In this document: positions 10,224 to 19,225 of the stretch, in pieces
Numbering within the stretch: position 1 is the first letter of the stretch
How the letters are laid out: each line of letters begins with the position of its first letter
NCBI GenBank assembly: GCA_965248435.1
Contig: OZ252100.1
Coordinates: 992,001-1,056,000 of the forward strand
Direction of reading: 5' to 3'
From: Candidatus Latescibacterota bacterium
GTDB lineage: Bacteria > Latescibacterota > UBA2968 > GCA-2709665
Length of the DNA stretch: 64,000 bases
The notes under the pieces: generated by a model
The model's database searches: none
Told to the model about the DNA's origin: nothing
The model's input: the letters and a program-made list of their open reading frames with translations, nothing else
Translations under genes and position numbers: made by a program

Positions 10224-10568
10224 CTATTTCGCCGCTAACGCGACAATTTCGATCAACGTATCTCCCTCCAGTTTCACTTCGACGCAAGCCCGTTGTGGCC
10301 AGTTGTCCTGCCCGATCCAAGGGTCCCATATCTCGTTGACAATAGGTTTCTTCTCAATGTCTGTGATGTAGATGGTTACGGAGACCAACCGGGTTTTGTC
10401 CGTGCCTGCTTCTGCTAGGTTAGTATCTAACTGCGCAAGCGCCTGCTCGGTCTGGCTCCTCAGATCTCCTGAAAAATCCGTTGCAATTACAGCCGTGTAG
10501 ATCAATCCATTGTGCTCGACGGATTCGCTTCGGCCAACGGCCTTGCCAGTATACCGCTTGATTGACAT
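10224..10568 (-). CDS. RidA/YjgF family protein
   Basis: QTEQALAQLD, NEIWDPW, PQRACVE, IEIVALA. Confidence 0.9.
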   Translation of the reverse strand: MSIKRYTGKAVGRSESVEHNGLIYTAVIATDFSGDLRSQTEQALAQLDTNLAEAGTDKTRLVSVTIYITDIEKKPIVNEIWDPWIGQDNWPQRACVEVKLEGDTLIEIVALAAK

Positions 10569-10618
10569 GCTCTATTCCTTATGTCGGAATCTGCTTATGC
10601 TCCCCAAGTCACATCCGA

Positions 10619-11389
10619 TCACCGCTCTTTCGTAGCGACTAAGAGAAATTCCCCTGGAAGCGACCTCGCTTCGTCTAGTTTCTCACCGAATCGCCAGGTG
10701 TCGTGGCTTGGATATTCTGAGAGGTGATTTATATGTAAACCCGAGGCCACCAAAGCAGTAATGATGTCACCGAGCGGCCAACTGAACTGATATTTCGTCT
10801 CCCGAGCGTCCTCCCCGCCTTCGAAATGCCTCCAGCCCGATCCCACGATAGGCTCCTTCCGACTGAAATAGTCGTCCTCCATGATCAATACTCCATCCTT
10901 CACAGAAAGACACGCAGCAACTGGGTGTCCCTCCAACAGAAGAAGGCGTCCACCCACACCCAATGCTGACGAGATATTCGTCGCCCAGACCTCAATATCT
11001 GGAATCCATACCAGAGAACCGCCTCCAGTATGGATGATGTCAAACCCCACTCCAGTAATATCCGCAGGCAGACAGCAAACATCCGCGACATGGAATGATA
11101 CGGGGATGCCGGCCTCCTCAGCCTTGTTTCGAGCGAGACTGATCTGTCGAGGACTTATGTCGACTCCCGTTGCAATTGCACCAAGGACGGCCCAGGAAAT
11201 TGCCTCTTCACCCGTGGAACACTGACATTGCAGCACAGTCTTTCCTGTAATCTCTCCGGCTGCCTCGATAAGGAGCGGACTCAACGTTGTGTTACCTGAA
11301 GCATAGTAGCCTGCCGGTTTGGTCCGTTTATGGCGAACTTCGGCAATCTCGTCCCATGCCCTAGCATTCTGCGATGTAAACTCTCGCAC
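10619..11389 (-). CDS. Class I SAM-dependent methyltransferase
   Basis: LQCQCSTGEE, GVDIS, GSLVWIPD, EGHP. Confidence 0.85.
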   Translation of the reverse strand: MREFTSQNARAWDEIAEVRHKRTKPAGYYASGNTTLSPLLIEAAGEITGKTVLQCQCSTGEEAISWAVLGAIATGVDISPRQISLARNKAEEAGIPVSFHVADVCCLPADITGVGFDIIHTGGGSLVWIPDIEVWATNISSALGVGGRLLLLEGHPVAACLSVKDGVLIMEDDYFSRKEPIVGSGWRHFEGGEDARETKYQFSWPLGDIITALVASGLHINHLSEYPSHDTWRFGEKLDEARSLPGEFLLVATKER

Positions 11390-11413
11390 AACTATACCCT
11401 CTTTCCATCACTC

Positions 11414-11962
11414 CTAGTCTTGCCACTCGCTTCTTAGAAGACCATACAGATGCATGTCGTGCCTCTCTCCGTCGCGTTCCATGAATTGTCTGAACGTGCC
11501 CTCTCTCTTAAAATTCATCTTCTCATACAAAGCAATTGCTCGGTCGTTGAAATCAAATACCGTTAACTGAAGTTTGATGAGATTGAGTTCTTTGATGGCA
11601 TAGTCGATAAGAAGCTCGGTGGCTTCCGTGCCGTATCCTTTTCCCCAGTCATCTGGATTCCCAATCCCAATGCCCAACCAGGCGACGCGATTCGGCCACT
11701 CGATCTCAGCTAGGGAAACAGTGCCGATGATCTCCTCTTGATCCAAAAGTCGAATAGCGAACACCAGTTCACGCTCTGTCTTTCCCAACCCGTCAATCCA
11801 TTCCTTGATCTGAGTCTCCGTTCGCTCCGTGATAGGATCGGAGCCCCAAAGCCTCAGGAATCGAGTGTCCTCCCGCCATTTGAGAATGGTTGAGACATCT
11901 TCCAATCTAAGCAGAGTCAAACGTATTAGGTTTCCGGCTAAAAGGTTTGTGGGATGATCCAT
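11414..11962 (-). CDS. GNAT N-acetyltransferase, RimJ/RimL type
   Basis: WGKGYGTEA, NDRAIALYEK, REGTFR; start moved to ATG 11962, which follows AGGAG. Confidence 0.9.
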   Translation of the reverse strand: MDHPTNLLAGNLIRLTLLRLEDVSTILKWREDTRFLRLWGSDPITERTETQIKEWIDGLGKTERELVFAIRLLDQEEIIGTVSLAEIEWPNRVAWLGIGIGNPDDWGKGYGTEATELLIDYAIKELNLIKLQLTVFDFNDRAIALYEKMNFKREGTFRQFMERDGERHDMHLYGLLRSEWQD

Positions 11963-12065
11963 GGTAGACTCCTGGTGAGGAGGTAGTGAAGGGCTTGGAG
12001 GATTCCTCTGCGACCTGTATGCCATTTTGACCGAGCCGTAAGACCGCAGCAATGCTATTGCTCAA

Positions 12066-12461
12066 TCATAATCCATAATGCATTGGCACCCTGGTGGCAG
12101 ACACCTCAAACCCACACTTCTTGTAAAATTCGACTGGACCTTCGGCAAGGAGCAGCTGCTGGAAGAAACCCTGGTAATTGGAGATGAGCTTCCGCATGAT
12201 CAGACTTCCAATCCCTTTTCCTTGATAGTCCGGCAACACCAGGAGGTGGGGGTAGTATACGACGAGTGATCCATCCGATATAGCATTACCGAGTCCAACC
12301 AGGGTATCTCCATCCCATGCCGTGACCAAGGAGTGTGAGTTTATGAGACCATCGTGCAATTCATTGGGCTTCTTGGCAGAAGACCACTTGTTGGCCTCGT
12401 ATAGCGGTAGAATGTGCTCTTTCGAGATGTCTCGGGTCTCTCTGAGTCTGATTCCTTCCAT
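12066..12461 (-). CDS. GNAT N-acetyltransferase
   Basis: LLVLPDYQGKGIG; FYKKCGF. Confidence 0.9.
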   Translation of the reverse strand: MEGIRLRETRDISKEHILPLYEANKWSSAKKPNELHDGLINSHSLVTAWDGDTLVGLGNAISDGSLVVYYPHLLVLPDYQGKGIGSLIMRKLISNYQGFFQQLLLAEGPVEFYKKCGFEVSATRVPMHYGL

Positions 12462-12476
12462 GACTACCTCACGAGC

Positions 12477-12998
12477 CTAATGGAGATACTCGCTCCTCAA
12501 CATTCGATAGAATGGCCAGCCAGGCTTATATTCCCCGTCCTGTTTGAACCCAACTTTCTCCAGAACTCTAATCGAAGCAACATTTCGTGAATGGACCCAC
12601 GTTTCAACCGACGGCAAATCCAATGTCTTGAAGCCATAGTTGACAGCTGCTGCAGCTAGCTCCGTAGCGAGCCCGCGGCCACAATAGCTAGGATGAATGA
12701 TGTAGATCAGCTCGTTCTTAGGTTCCTCGTCACGAGAATCCCGGGTTAGTCCACCCCATCCCACAACCATTGAGGTTTGTCTCAAGACAGCGACCCAGGG
12801 TGAGAACCCCTCAGGTTCAAGCAAAGACGCATGGTTTTCTAACCAAGCTTGTGTCTCCGCAAGAGACAGGGGTCTCTCTGGACCGATATACTTCATCGAT
12901 TCAGGATCTGAAAACGTGGAATAAAGAGCTTCATCATCCGAATCGATAGGATCTCTTAGGGTCAGTTGCTCAGTTTGGATAAGTTTCTGCATGGTCAT
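12477..12998 (-). CDS. GNAT N-acetyltransferase, RimJ/RimL type
   Basis: YCGRGLATE; NVASIRVLEKVGF. Confidence 0.9.
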   Translation of the reverse strand: MTMQKLIQTEQLTLRDPIDSDDEALYSTFSDPESMKYIGPERPLSLAETQAWLENHASLLEPEGFSPWVAVLRQTSMVVGWGGLTRDSRDEEPKNELIYIIHPSYCGRGLATELAAAAVNYGFKTLDLPSVETWVHSRNVASIRVLEKVGFKQDGEYKPGWPFYRMLRSEYLH

Positions 12999-13008
12999 AA
13001 CCAGCTTT

Positions 13009-13752
13009 TCAGTTCTTCCTCGCGGTAACTACCAATCTACTTCCTTCTCTCCCATACTCCCTGCCATCGAAACCCCCATACAGCTTAATCTCTTTAAATC
13101 CCACCTGCCCAAGACGGTCTTTCATCTCCTGCCCAGAATACACGGCAGTTGAAAACTTGAAACTGTGGGTTTGGCCATCCTTTATCACGATCCACTCGTT
13201 CCGAATCCGAGTCCAATCTTTAATCACCTCATGACGTTGAATCCAAAGGGTGCCATCTTCTAGTTCAGTTGAGCTTGTTGGCTGAAACACTTTGGCCAAC
13301 CACTCTTTGCTAACTACGTCGATCACACAAGAACCATCCGCCCTCAGATTGCAGTAGATATTATCCAGAACTTTCAGATTCTCCTCTTCCTTGTCAAAAT
13401 ATCCAAACGAGGTGAACAGGTTCAATACCAGGTCATAACTGTCCTCGCGGACAAACCTCCGCATGTCTTCCAAGATCCATTCAACCTGCACTTTCTCAGC
13501 AACCGCCCTTTCGCGTGCTTTTTCCAATAGATACGGCGTGAGGTCTACTGCTGTTACGTCCAGCCCTCTATGGGCTAACACCACAGAGTGCCTCCCCGGG
13601 CCGCAGCAGAGGTCTAGAACAGAATGACCTTCGAAATTCACCAGTTTCAGAACCTTCTCGACCTGTTCTTCTGCCTGTGCAAATCTCTTGCTTGGAAACA
13701 TGAGCGGATACATCGTAATCCAAAAAGATTCATCTTCAAACCAGTCAGTCAT
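13009..13752 (-). CDS. Class I SAM-dependent methyltransferase
   Basis: VLDLCCGPGRH; NLFTSFGYF. Confidence 0.92.
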   Translation of the reverse strand: MTDWFEDESFWITMYPLMFPSKRFAQAEEQVEKVLKLVNFEGHSVLDLCCGPGRHSVVLAHRGLDVTAVDLTPYLLEKARERAVAEKVQVEWILEDMRRFVREDSYDLVLNLFTSFGYFDKEEENLKVLDNIYCNLRADGSCVIDVVSKEWLAKVFQPTSSTELEDGTLWIQRHEVIKDWTRIRNEWIVIKDGQTHSFKFSTAVYSGQEMKDRLGQVGFKEIKLYGGFDGREYGREGSRLVVTARKN

Positions 13753-13767
13753 GTTAATCTCCGCAAG

Positions 13768-14307
13768 TCAAAGCTGATCGTTCAGGGGCGCCTGAATCAA
13801 CCGCGACATCTCGTACTCAAACAAGGCGCAATCGTTTGGGTACGGCTCTGTGCGTCCAGTCTTTTTGAATCCGATTCGCTCATAGAAATCGATAGCTGAG
13901 TTGTTGTTGCAAGTCACCATCAGCAGCAAAATGTGAACTTTCCGTGCACGTGCCCAGTTCAGAACACCATCGACCAACAAACGACCCACACCTAAGCGTC
14001 GCTGATCTGGTGCGACCCACATCGATACGAGATGCGCTCTCGTATTGTCTAGCTTGTCGAGAAATCCAGCGACGATCCCGCACGAGATGTCCCCGTCCAT
14101 AGCTAGATAGGTAGTTGAATTCGCACCATCCCTCTCTGCTGCATGTTTAATCCACTCGGGGTCGGTAAGCTGAGACTCCTTAGCATAGGTAGATCCGAAT
14201 GCTCCGGGCGAATCTTGCAAGGCTCGCAATCTTACATCCTTGAATGTCATGGCGTTCCGACGGGCGACCGCAACAAGCGTGACCATAGGCTGCCTTTCCG
14301 CTAACAT
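13768..14307 (-). CDS. GNAT N-acetyltransferase
   Basis: SMWVAPDQRRLGVG; AIDFYERIGF; true start may be ATG 14286. Confidence 0.9.
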   Translation of the reverse strand: MLAERQPMVTLVAVARRNAMTFKDVRLRALQDSPGAFGSTYAKESQLTDPEWIKHAAERDGANSTTYLAMDGDISCGIVAGFLDKLDNTRAHLVSMWVAPDQRRLGVGRLLVDGVLNWARARKVHILLLMVTCNNNSAIDFYERIGFKKTGRTEPYPNDCALFEYEMSRLIQAPLNDQL

Positions 14308-14376
14308 TCTTCGATTTGATTTGAGTGCTCATCCAACACATAGCTCCCATAGAGTTTCCCAACTCGAAACCGAATC

Positions 14377-14796
14377 CTACAAAAGTTTCCTGAAGTAGGT
14401 AGCGGACTCTTCATATCCGATTGCTTTATAGAAGTCTTCAGCTCTGCGTGTAGCCAATGCAATCAGCCTTGAGTCCCTTTCCTTAGCTTTTTGTTCAATC
14501 ATTACTACAAGCTCTCTGCCTATTCCTTGGCCTCGGAACTCATCCTCCACAAAAAGCTCCTCGATCCAGGTCACGATCCCATTCGCGAAAAAGGTCAGGT
14601 GGTGGAATGCGAGAACATACCCGACCGGTGAGCTGCCCCGTTCCGCTACTAGAAGGTCAGCGTTTGGATCTGCTAGAACATCTTCAATCGATTTGACGAA
14701 TGAACCTGTTCGTGTTTCGAAGCTTGAGGCGAACTTTCTAACCAAAACGAGCAGTAAGTCCCTGTCATCGCTCTGGGCTTCTCTAATACCAACCAT
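14377..14796 (-). CDS. GNAT N-acetyltransferase
   Basis: ELFVEDEFRGQGIG; FYKAIGY. Confidence 0.9.
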   Translation of the reverse strand: MVGIREAQSDDRDLLLVLVRKFASSFETRTGSFVKSIEDVLADPNADLLVAERGSSPVGYVLAFHHLTFFANGIVTWIEELFVEDEFRGQGIGRELVVMIEQKAKERDSRLIALATRRAEDFYKAIGYEESATYFRKLL

Positions 14797-14819
14797 TCTG
14801 ATTCCAACGTGAAAACGTG

Positions 14820-14861
14820 AAAAAGAAAAAACCCGCGGTCGAGAGGTCTCAACGGCGGGTC
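14820..14861 (-). terminator. Intrinsic terminator just upstream of the 21-gene array
   Basis: Minus strand ACCCGC-C-GTTGAG acct CTCGAC-C-GCGGGT followed by TTTTTCTTTT. Confidence 0.75.
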
Positions 14862-14889
14862 AGGTTCTGGCGCAAGGTGTCTTGCTCAA

Positions 14890-15028
14890 GGCCACAAATG
14901 ATCCCGCCGCTTCATCTTAAGGGAATGCCAGTTGATAGCGGCATGGGTTTCTACCTGCTTATTCGAACGGGCAGGTCCCTCAGTCAGTTCGATTGGGAAA
15001 CATGAAGGTCGGCGGGTGATCATTGGCT
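14890..15028. ncRNA. Unidentified structured RNA element (long closing stem plus three internal hairpins)
   Basis: AATGATC-CCGCCG-CTTCAT pairs with ATGAAG-CGGCGG-GATCATT; inner hairpins ATGCC/GGCAT, ACCTGC/GCAGGT, CTCAGTC/GATTGGG; no convincing ORF. Confidence 0.5.
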
Positions 15029-15206
15029 ATTTACCTATTACGATGATTAGAGATGTGCATCCAACTGATAAGAATATATAAACTGGCACCCGTTGGAGTC
15101 AAGATCTTTCTGTTTGTTGGTCACGAATGCTACTCTGACTCCGTGGCTTTCCTCCGGCGATTTAAGTGGCCGGGGTCTGCAGACGATTGCACACAAAAGA
15201 GGTTCA

Positions 15207-16577
15207 CTACTTCTCAGGCTTCTTATCGGCCAATGTAGCCTCTACTATTGCCGACAGATTACCTCTCAGCTCGGGTCCGTTGTTTATTAATACTCTCCCA
15301 TCACGAGAAATTAGTACATAGTGAGGAATCCATGACACGTTGAAATGATTTACCAGGTCCTCAGAATAAGCCTGGTTCCAGCTTACTTCCTTTCTCTGCA
15401 GAAATTCCCGATAACTTCCCTCTCTCGCTCTCTCTTTCGCGCTCAAAACACCGATTATTTCGAATCCTTCTCCTCTAAATTTCTCATAGACTTCTGAAAG
15501 CTTTGGCAGGTCTTCCAAGCAGGGGCCACACCAAATTGCCCAGAAGTCCAGCAGGGTCACCTTGCCATGAAAGTCACTCAGTTCTACGGTTGTTCCATCA
15601 AATTTCGTTAGGGAAAAATTGGGAACCTTTGCCCCGCTTTGCAACATAGCCAAATCTACAGACTTGCTTTCTTGCTGTTTGCCTCTCTTTCTTTCCAACA
15701 GAACGGTCCTGCCATCAGGTGAAGCATATGCAAGTTGCAGAATCTCATCGAAAATCTGGAATGGCCGATCGTGCCTGAAGGCCTCCCAATTCCCAAAAGT
15801 TCCATCACCATCGAAATCCACGCAAACCGACACCATGTCAAGCAGGTCGTATGTCGCCGGATGCCCATTTGTACTAAGCGCAACAGCCAGTTCCTTTCCA
15901 TTTACAGTAATAACACCCCTACGGTACTCGGCGACCTGCCCCTTATATACAGTGCGTCCCTGCCTATAGTTTTCCAATCTAAACATCCTGAAGTCGACTG
16001 TATCTGATCTCACTACACCTCTATCTAAGTATTCGAATTGAGCCTGAGACTGTGCCTGGCTCACTCCGACTCGTTCGTGGTCAGCCCAGCTTAGCATCTT
16101 TTCGTTTGCAAGATCTTCATCATTGTTAGTGTCGATGATCAAGAACTCTTCACCCCCGCTAGTGCCCACGACGAAATCAATCATGCTATCGACGCCTGAA
16201 CCTAGCGGATAATCAGGCCCGAGACGGTACAGGGTGCTGGTCCTTAGGTTCCTCCGTGCAGCCTCATCAAGATGTTGAAAGTGTACTGGACGCTCCGGCG
16301 TCTTGTAAATATCGACTAACTCCTCTTTGCCGCTCAACTCAGAGTAGCCATAGTATTCCACAAGAAAGCCCTGTGGCATACCCACGAGGTCGTGAAAGGG
16401 CTCCTTGCCAATTCGACCGATGTCTTCAAAATCGTCAAATCCGCCGATGAACAGCGAAGTATCACTGGCTGCGTGCAATTTCACTTCTAGATACTCTGGT
16501 GGTTGTGCGTTACTGAAAGTTACTAAGAAGAGGATGACCGACGGAATCTTCAGAAAGGATCTATGTGTAAACGCCAT
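15207..16577 (-). CDS. Secreted TlpA-family thiol-disulfide oxidoreductase with a long N-terminal extension
   Basis: Signal-like N-terminus; LLDFWAIWCGPC; WIPHYVLISRDG; start after GGAGG. Confidence 0.85.
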   Translation of the reverse strand: MAFTHRSFLKIPSVILFLVTFSNAQPPEYLEVKLHAASDTSLFIGGFDDFEDIGRIGKEPFHDLVGMPQGFLVEYYGYSELSGKEELVDIYKTPERPVHFQHLDEAARRNLRTSTLYRLGPDYPLGSGVDSMIDFVVGTSGGEEFLIIDTNNDEDLANEKMLSWADHERVGVSQAQSQAQFEYLDRGVVRSDTVDFRMFRLENYRQGRTVYKGQVAEYRRGVITVNGKELAVALSTNGHPATYDLLDMVSVCVDFDGDGTFGNWEAFRHDRPFQIFDEILQLAYASPDGRTVLLERKRGKQQESKSVDLAMLQSGAKVPNFSLTKFDGTTVELSDFHGKVTLLDFWAIWCGPCLEDLPKLSEVYEKFRGEGFEIIGVLSAKERAREGSYREFLQRKEVSWNQAYSEDLVNHFNVSWIPHYVLISRDGRVLINNGPELRGNLSAIVEATLADKKPEK

Positions 16578-16750
16578 CTTAACCTCCACTATTCGTTGGA
16601 CGATTCGAATGCCCAATTAGAGACGGTTTCCTGCAGCGAGCAATCGTGTCCCGTGGTCAAACGGAAAGTTAAGGAGATTTAATGGAGTCTTAGTAAAGAA
16701 AAGGAACCCGCTGGTCGGAGGCAGCAGGGGAGGGGAAAGATCTTGGTCAA

Positions 16751-17710
16751 TCACACTTTCTTTGGTCGCTTTGGGCGCGATCTTCCACTGCTATAAATAG
16801 GATACTCGTAGCCCTTCAGAACGTTATCGACTGTATCGTTCTGCCCAGACCCGGCCCGAGGTCGTCGAACAGTCTGCCTCTTTCTATGCTTACTGGCCCT
16901 TTCAAGGGCCGCCTTCGCCTTCCCGAATACGACTCGGCTGATGATGGGCTCGTGTTCCCCTTTCACCTTGAGGTCAGCATGCCGGACCACACCAATATGG
17001 AAGTCATTGGTGAGCATATCGTGTAGGGCCTGCCAAGAGAACGGCTTCCCCTTCCGGTTCTTGACGTCCATGATCTTGAGATATCGTTCGAGTGCCCTGA
17101 TTTGCCCGACCTTCAGGAAGGCCCTGAAGATCTTCTTCACCTGGGGGGCCTCTTCAGGATGGGGCTCGATGAATTTCTGAATGTTCCTTCCATCTACCTT
17201 TGTTGCCCACATGTAGCCGTATGGGGCCTCACCACAGGGCTTGAGGCCCTTCAGGGCCCTTGCCCGTCTGCCACGTTTTAGACGCTGAGCGATCACTAGC
17301 CTCTCCCAGGCATTGAGCAGCCCGATCATCCCACTCACCAGAAACTGGTTCGGGTCGTTTTCTGAGTAAATCGTGAAAGTGGGCTCATCGACAGCCCTGA
17401 TATCTTTCTTAACGTCTCTCACCGCCTTGATGATCATGGCCTGGGGATAGATATCTCTCCAGAGCCTAGAGGTCGAAGCGGTGACGATATAGTCGATATC
17501 GTTCAGATTCCCGAGCATCGCCTCAAGCCTCTCCCTTTCGAGGCTCGCCCCCGAAACAGCTTCATCGACGTATTCCTCGAGAACCCTGATCTGGTTGGCC
17601 GCGCAGTAATCTCTGCAGAGCCTGAGTTGAACATCGAGGCCCTGACCATCGAGCTGGGTCCCTGTTGAGACCCTGGCGTAGATATGAGCCCGCTTCTTTC
17701 GTTGTGCCAT
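16751..17710 (-). CDS. Serine recombinase (resolvase catalytic domain plus recombinase DNA-binding domain)
   Basis: IYARVST catalytic Ser, DEAVSGA, SRLWRD, ER..I.QRL..GR, GEAPYGY, HEPIISR; the ORF track start at 17749 is probably too far upstream. Confidence 0.92.
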   Translation of the reverse strand: MAQRKKRAHIYARVSTGTQLDGQGLDVQLRLCRDYCAANQIRVLEEYVDEAVSGASLERERLEAMLGNLNDIDYIVTASTSRLWRDIYPQAMIIKAVRDVKKDIRAVDEPTFTIYSENDPNQFLVSGMIGLLNAWERLVIAQRLKRGRRARALKGLKPCGEAPYGYMWATKVDGRNIQKFIEPHPEEAPQVKKIFRAFLKVGQIRALERYLKIMDVKNRKGKPFSWQALHDMLTNDFHIGVVRHADLKVKGEHEPIISRVVFGKAKAALERASKHRKRQTVRRPRAGSGQNDTVDNVLKGYEYPIYSSGRSRPKRPKKV

Positions 17711-17755
17711 CTGCCAATTTCCTTGTAACATTCTGTTGCCATTAACCACTTGTCG

Positions 17756-18215
17756 TAAGTGACTGAAATATAGCAGTTTATGTATAACTGTTCAAGAGTT
17801 ATTTATGTCTCTTAACGTTCAGGAACGGGAGTTGACAGGATTCAGGTGGGGCAGGGTGGGCATAACTTAATGAGAATGATGTAGTTAGGGGAATTTTCAG
17901 TTTGGCAGGATGCGGAGAGTGGCGGGAGACTTAGGCTTAACACTACTGATAATAACGTGTTATGGTAGCATATGGAAGCAGAGCGCCCGATTGAGAGCCA
18001 GCCAATGCTCTATTCACCGAATCCAGCGGAAATTTGGTCGTTCTCCACCGTAGCCAACTATTACAGGGGTGCGCGGAGAACATCCTGGAAATCCTGAGGA
18101 AGGTCGTCTCAGGGGGGGATTCGAACAAAATCGAGGGGGTCCTAAGTCGGAAAGAGGGGCTCAAAACGAGTGAATTCTGGAGATTTCATATAAGTGATTG
18201 ATTTCAGTGGTCTTA
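17756..18215. promoter_or_regulatory. Four 25-bp imperfect palindromes (TAA-N19-TTA), candidate protein-binding sites
   Basis: 17756-17780, 17863-17887, 17938-17962 and 18191-18215; all the same length with an internal TGA at position 9-10. Confidence 0.5.
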
Positions 18216-18680
18216 TACCAGAATCCCGTAAGATCGTTCGGAATCAGCCTCTCCCTAGGCCCCCAGATCACTCCCAGATCGGCCCTTCCCTCGATTCTCC
18301 TCCTGGGCCATCGGATGTAGATCGCACCCCAGCAGGGCAGCATCGGGAGGTTGCTTTCTTGTCCCGCGCATAGTCGGGTACCGGTCTCGAGGAGTGGCCA
18401 CCCCATTAGACCCACTTTCTGCCTCACACGACCTTATCCCACTATGGCCCTCACCATTACTGCTACCCCTGCCATGGTCCTCACTCTGACCTCACTCAGA
18501 TCCACCCCATTTCGGTCGTTACCCACATGACCAACCTTCCTCGCTGCCACCTCCGCACCTGGCCCTCGCTTCTGCTCCCCTAGGCTATCCCCCTTATATC
18601 TCGGCCTTTCGGCCTTTTCCACCTTCCTTGCTGCTACCCTTCCGCTTCACTACTGCTTTCTCAACCTATTCTCCCATGGG

Positions 18681-18879
18681 CCATCAACTCTTTTCTCCAT
18701 TGAAAAGAAGCCCCACCGGTCATCTCAAATCCCCAGGGCTCTCCATTAATGTGGCATATTCTTATGCTAGGCTTGGCTCCTAAATGCCTAAGGCTTCTCT
18801 AGCTATTCTGCCGTTCTCCTACAACCTCAGCGACCCTACATTACTAATAACGTTCTCTTCCTCTTTTCTCCTGTTTCCT
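18681..18879. repeat. ~200-bp non-coding direct repeat, copy 1
   Basis: Colinear with 31019-31216: CCATCAACTCTT, ATCCCCAGGGCTCTCCAT, ATGTGGC, GCTAGGCTT, CCTACAAC, ACCCTACATTACTAA, AACGTTCTCTTCC. Confidence 0.85.
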
Positions 18880-19225
18880 TCAGAGGGACGGAAAAGGAGG
18901 TGCCATGAAAGCTGTGGAGGAACTCAGGGGGCGCTTGATTGAAGACTTCGAAAAGGTTGAACTGACTAATTATCAATTACGCCCAAGGCAGGAGAGAACT
19001 AAAATCTGAGCGAGATGGGCTGGAGGAAGCTGTTCAGATCAAGATGGCCGTGCTGAGGGGATGTCTGCAGAATAGAAGACGAAAATGAATGTAATTGCTA
19101 TCCATCTTTTTCAATTGCTAGACGGCACATTACTATATCCCGTAGTCGGCTTTCGGCCAACAGTGTCCACCTAAGCAATAGCTTTTTGTAAGATGACTCC
19201 TCCTGTGGTGTAATCACCTGCAACC

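Noticed and set aside
14905-15005. SAM-I-like words on the minus strand (GAGGGAC..GCCCG, AAGATGA)
   Set aside because: The AUC-AAGAG start, GCAACC and GUGC core elements are missing, so it is left as an unidentified RNA.
14890-15028. Possible tRNA or 6S RNA (cloverleaf-like, GTTCGA words)
   Set aside because: No paired T-arm, anticodon arm or acceptor geometry, and the interior is multi-hairpin rather than a rod with a central bubble.
16620-16750. radC 3' half or att site next to the recombinase
   Set aside because: I saw no radC-like translation and no repeat of the 40085 junction sequence here.
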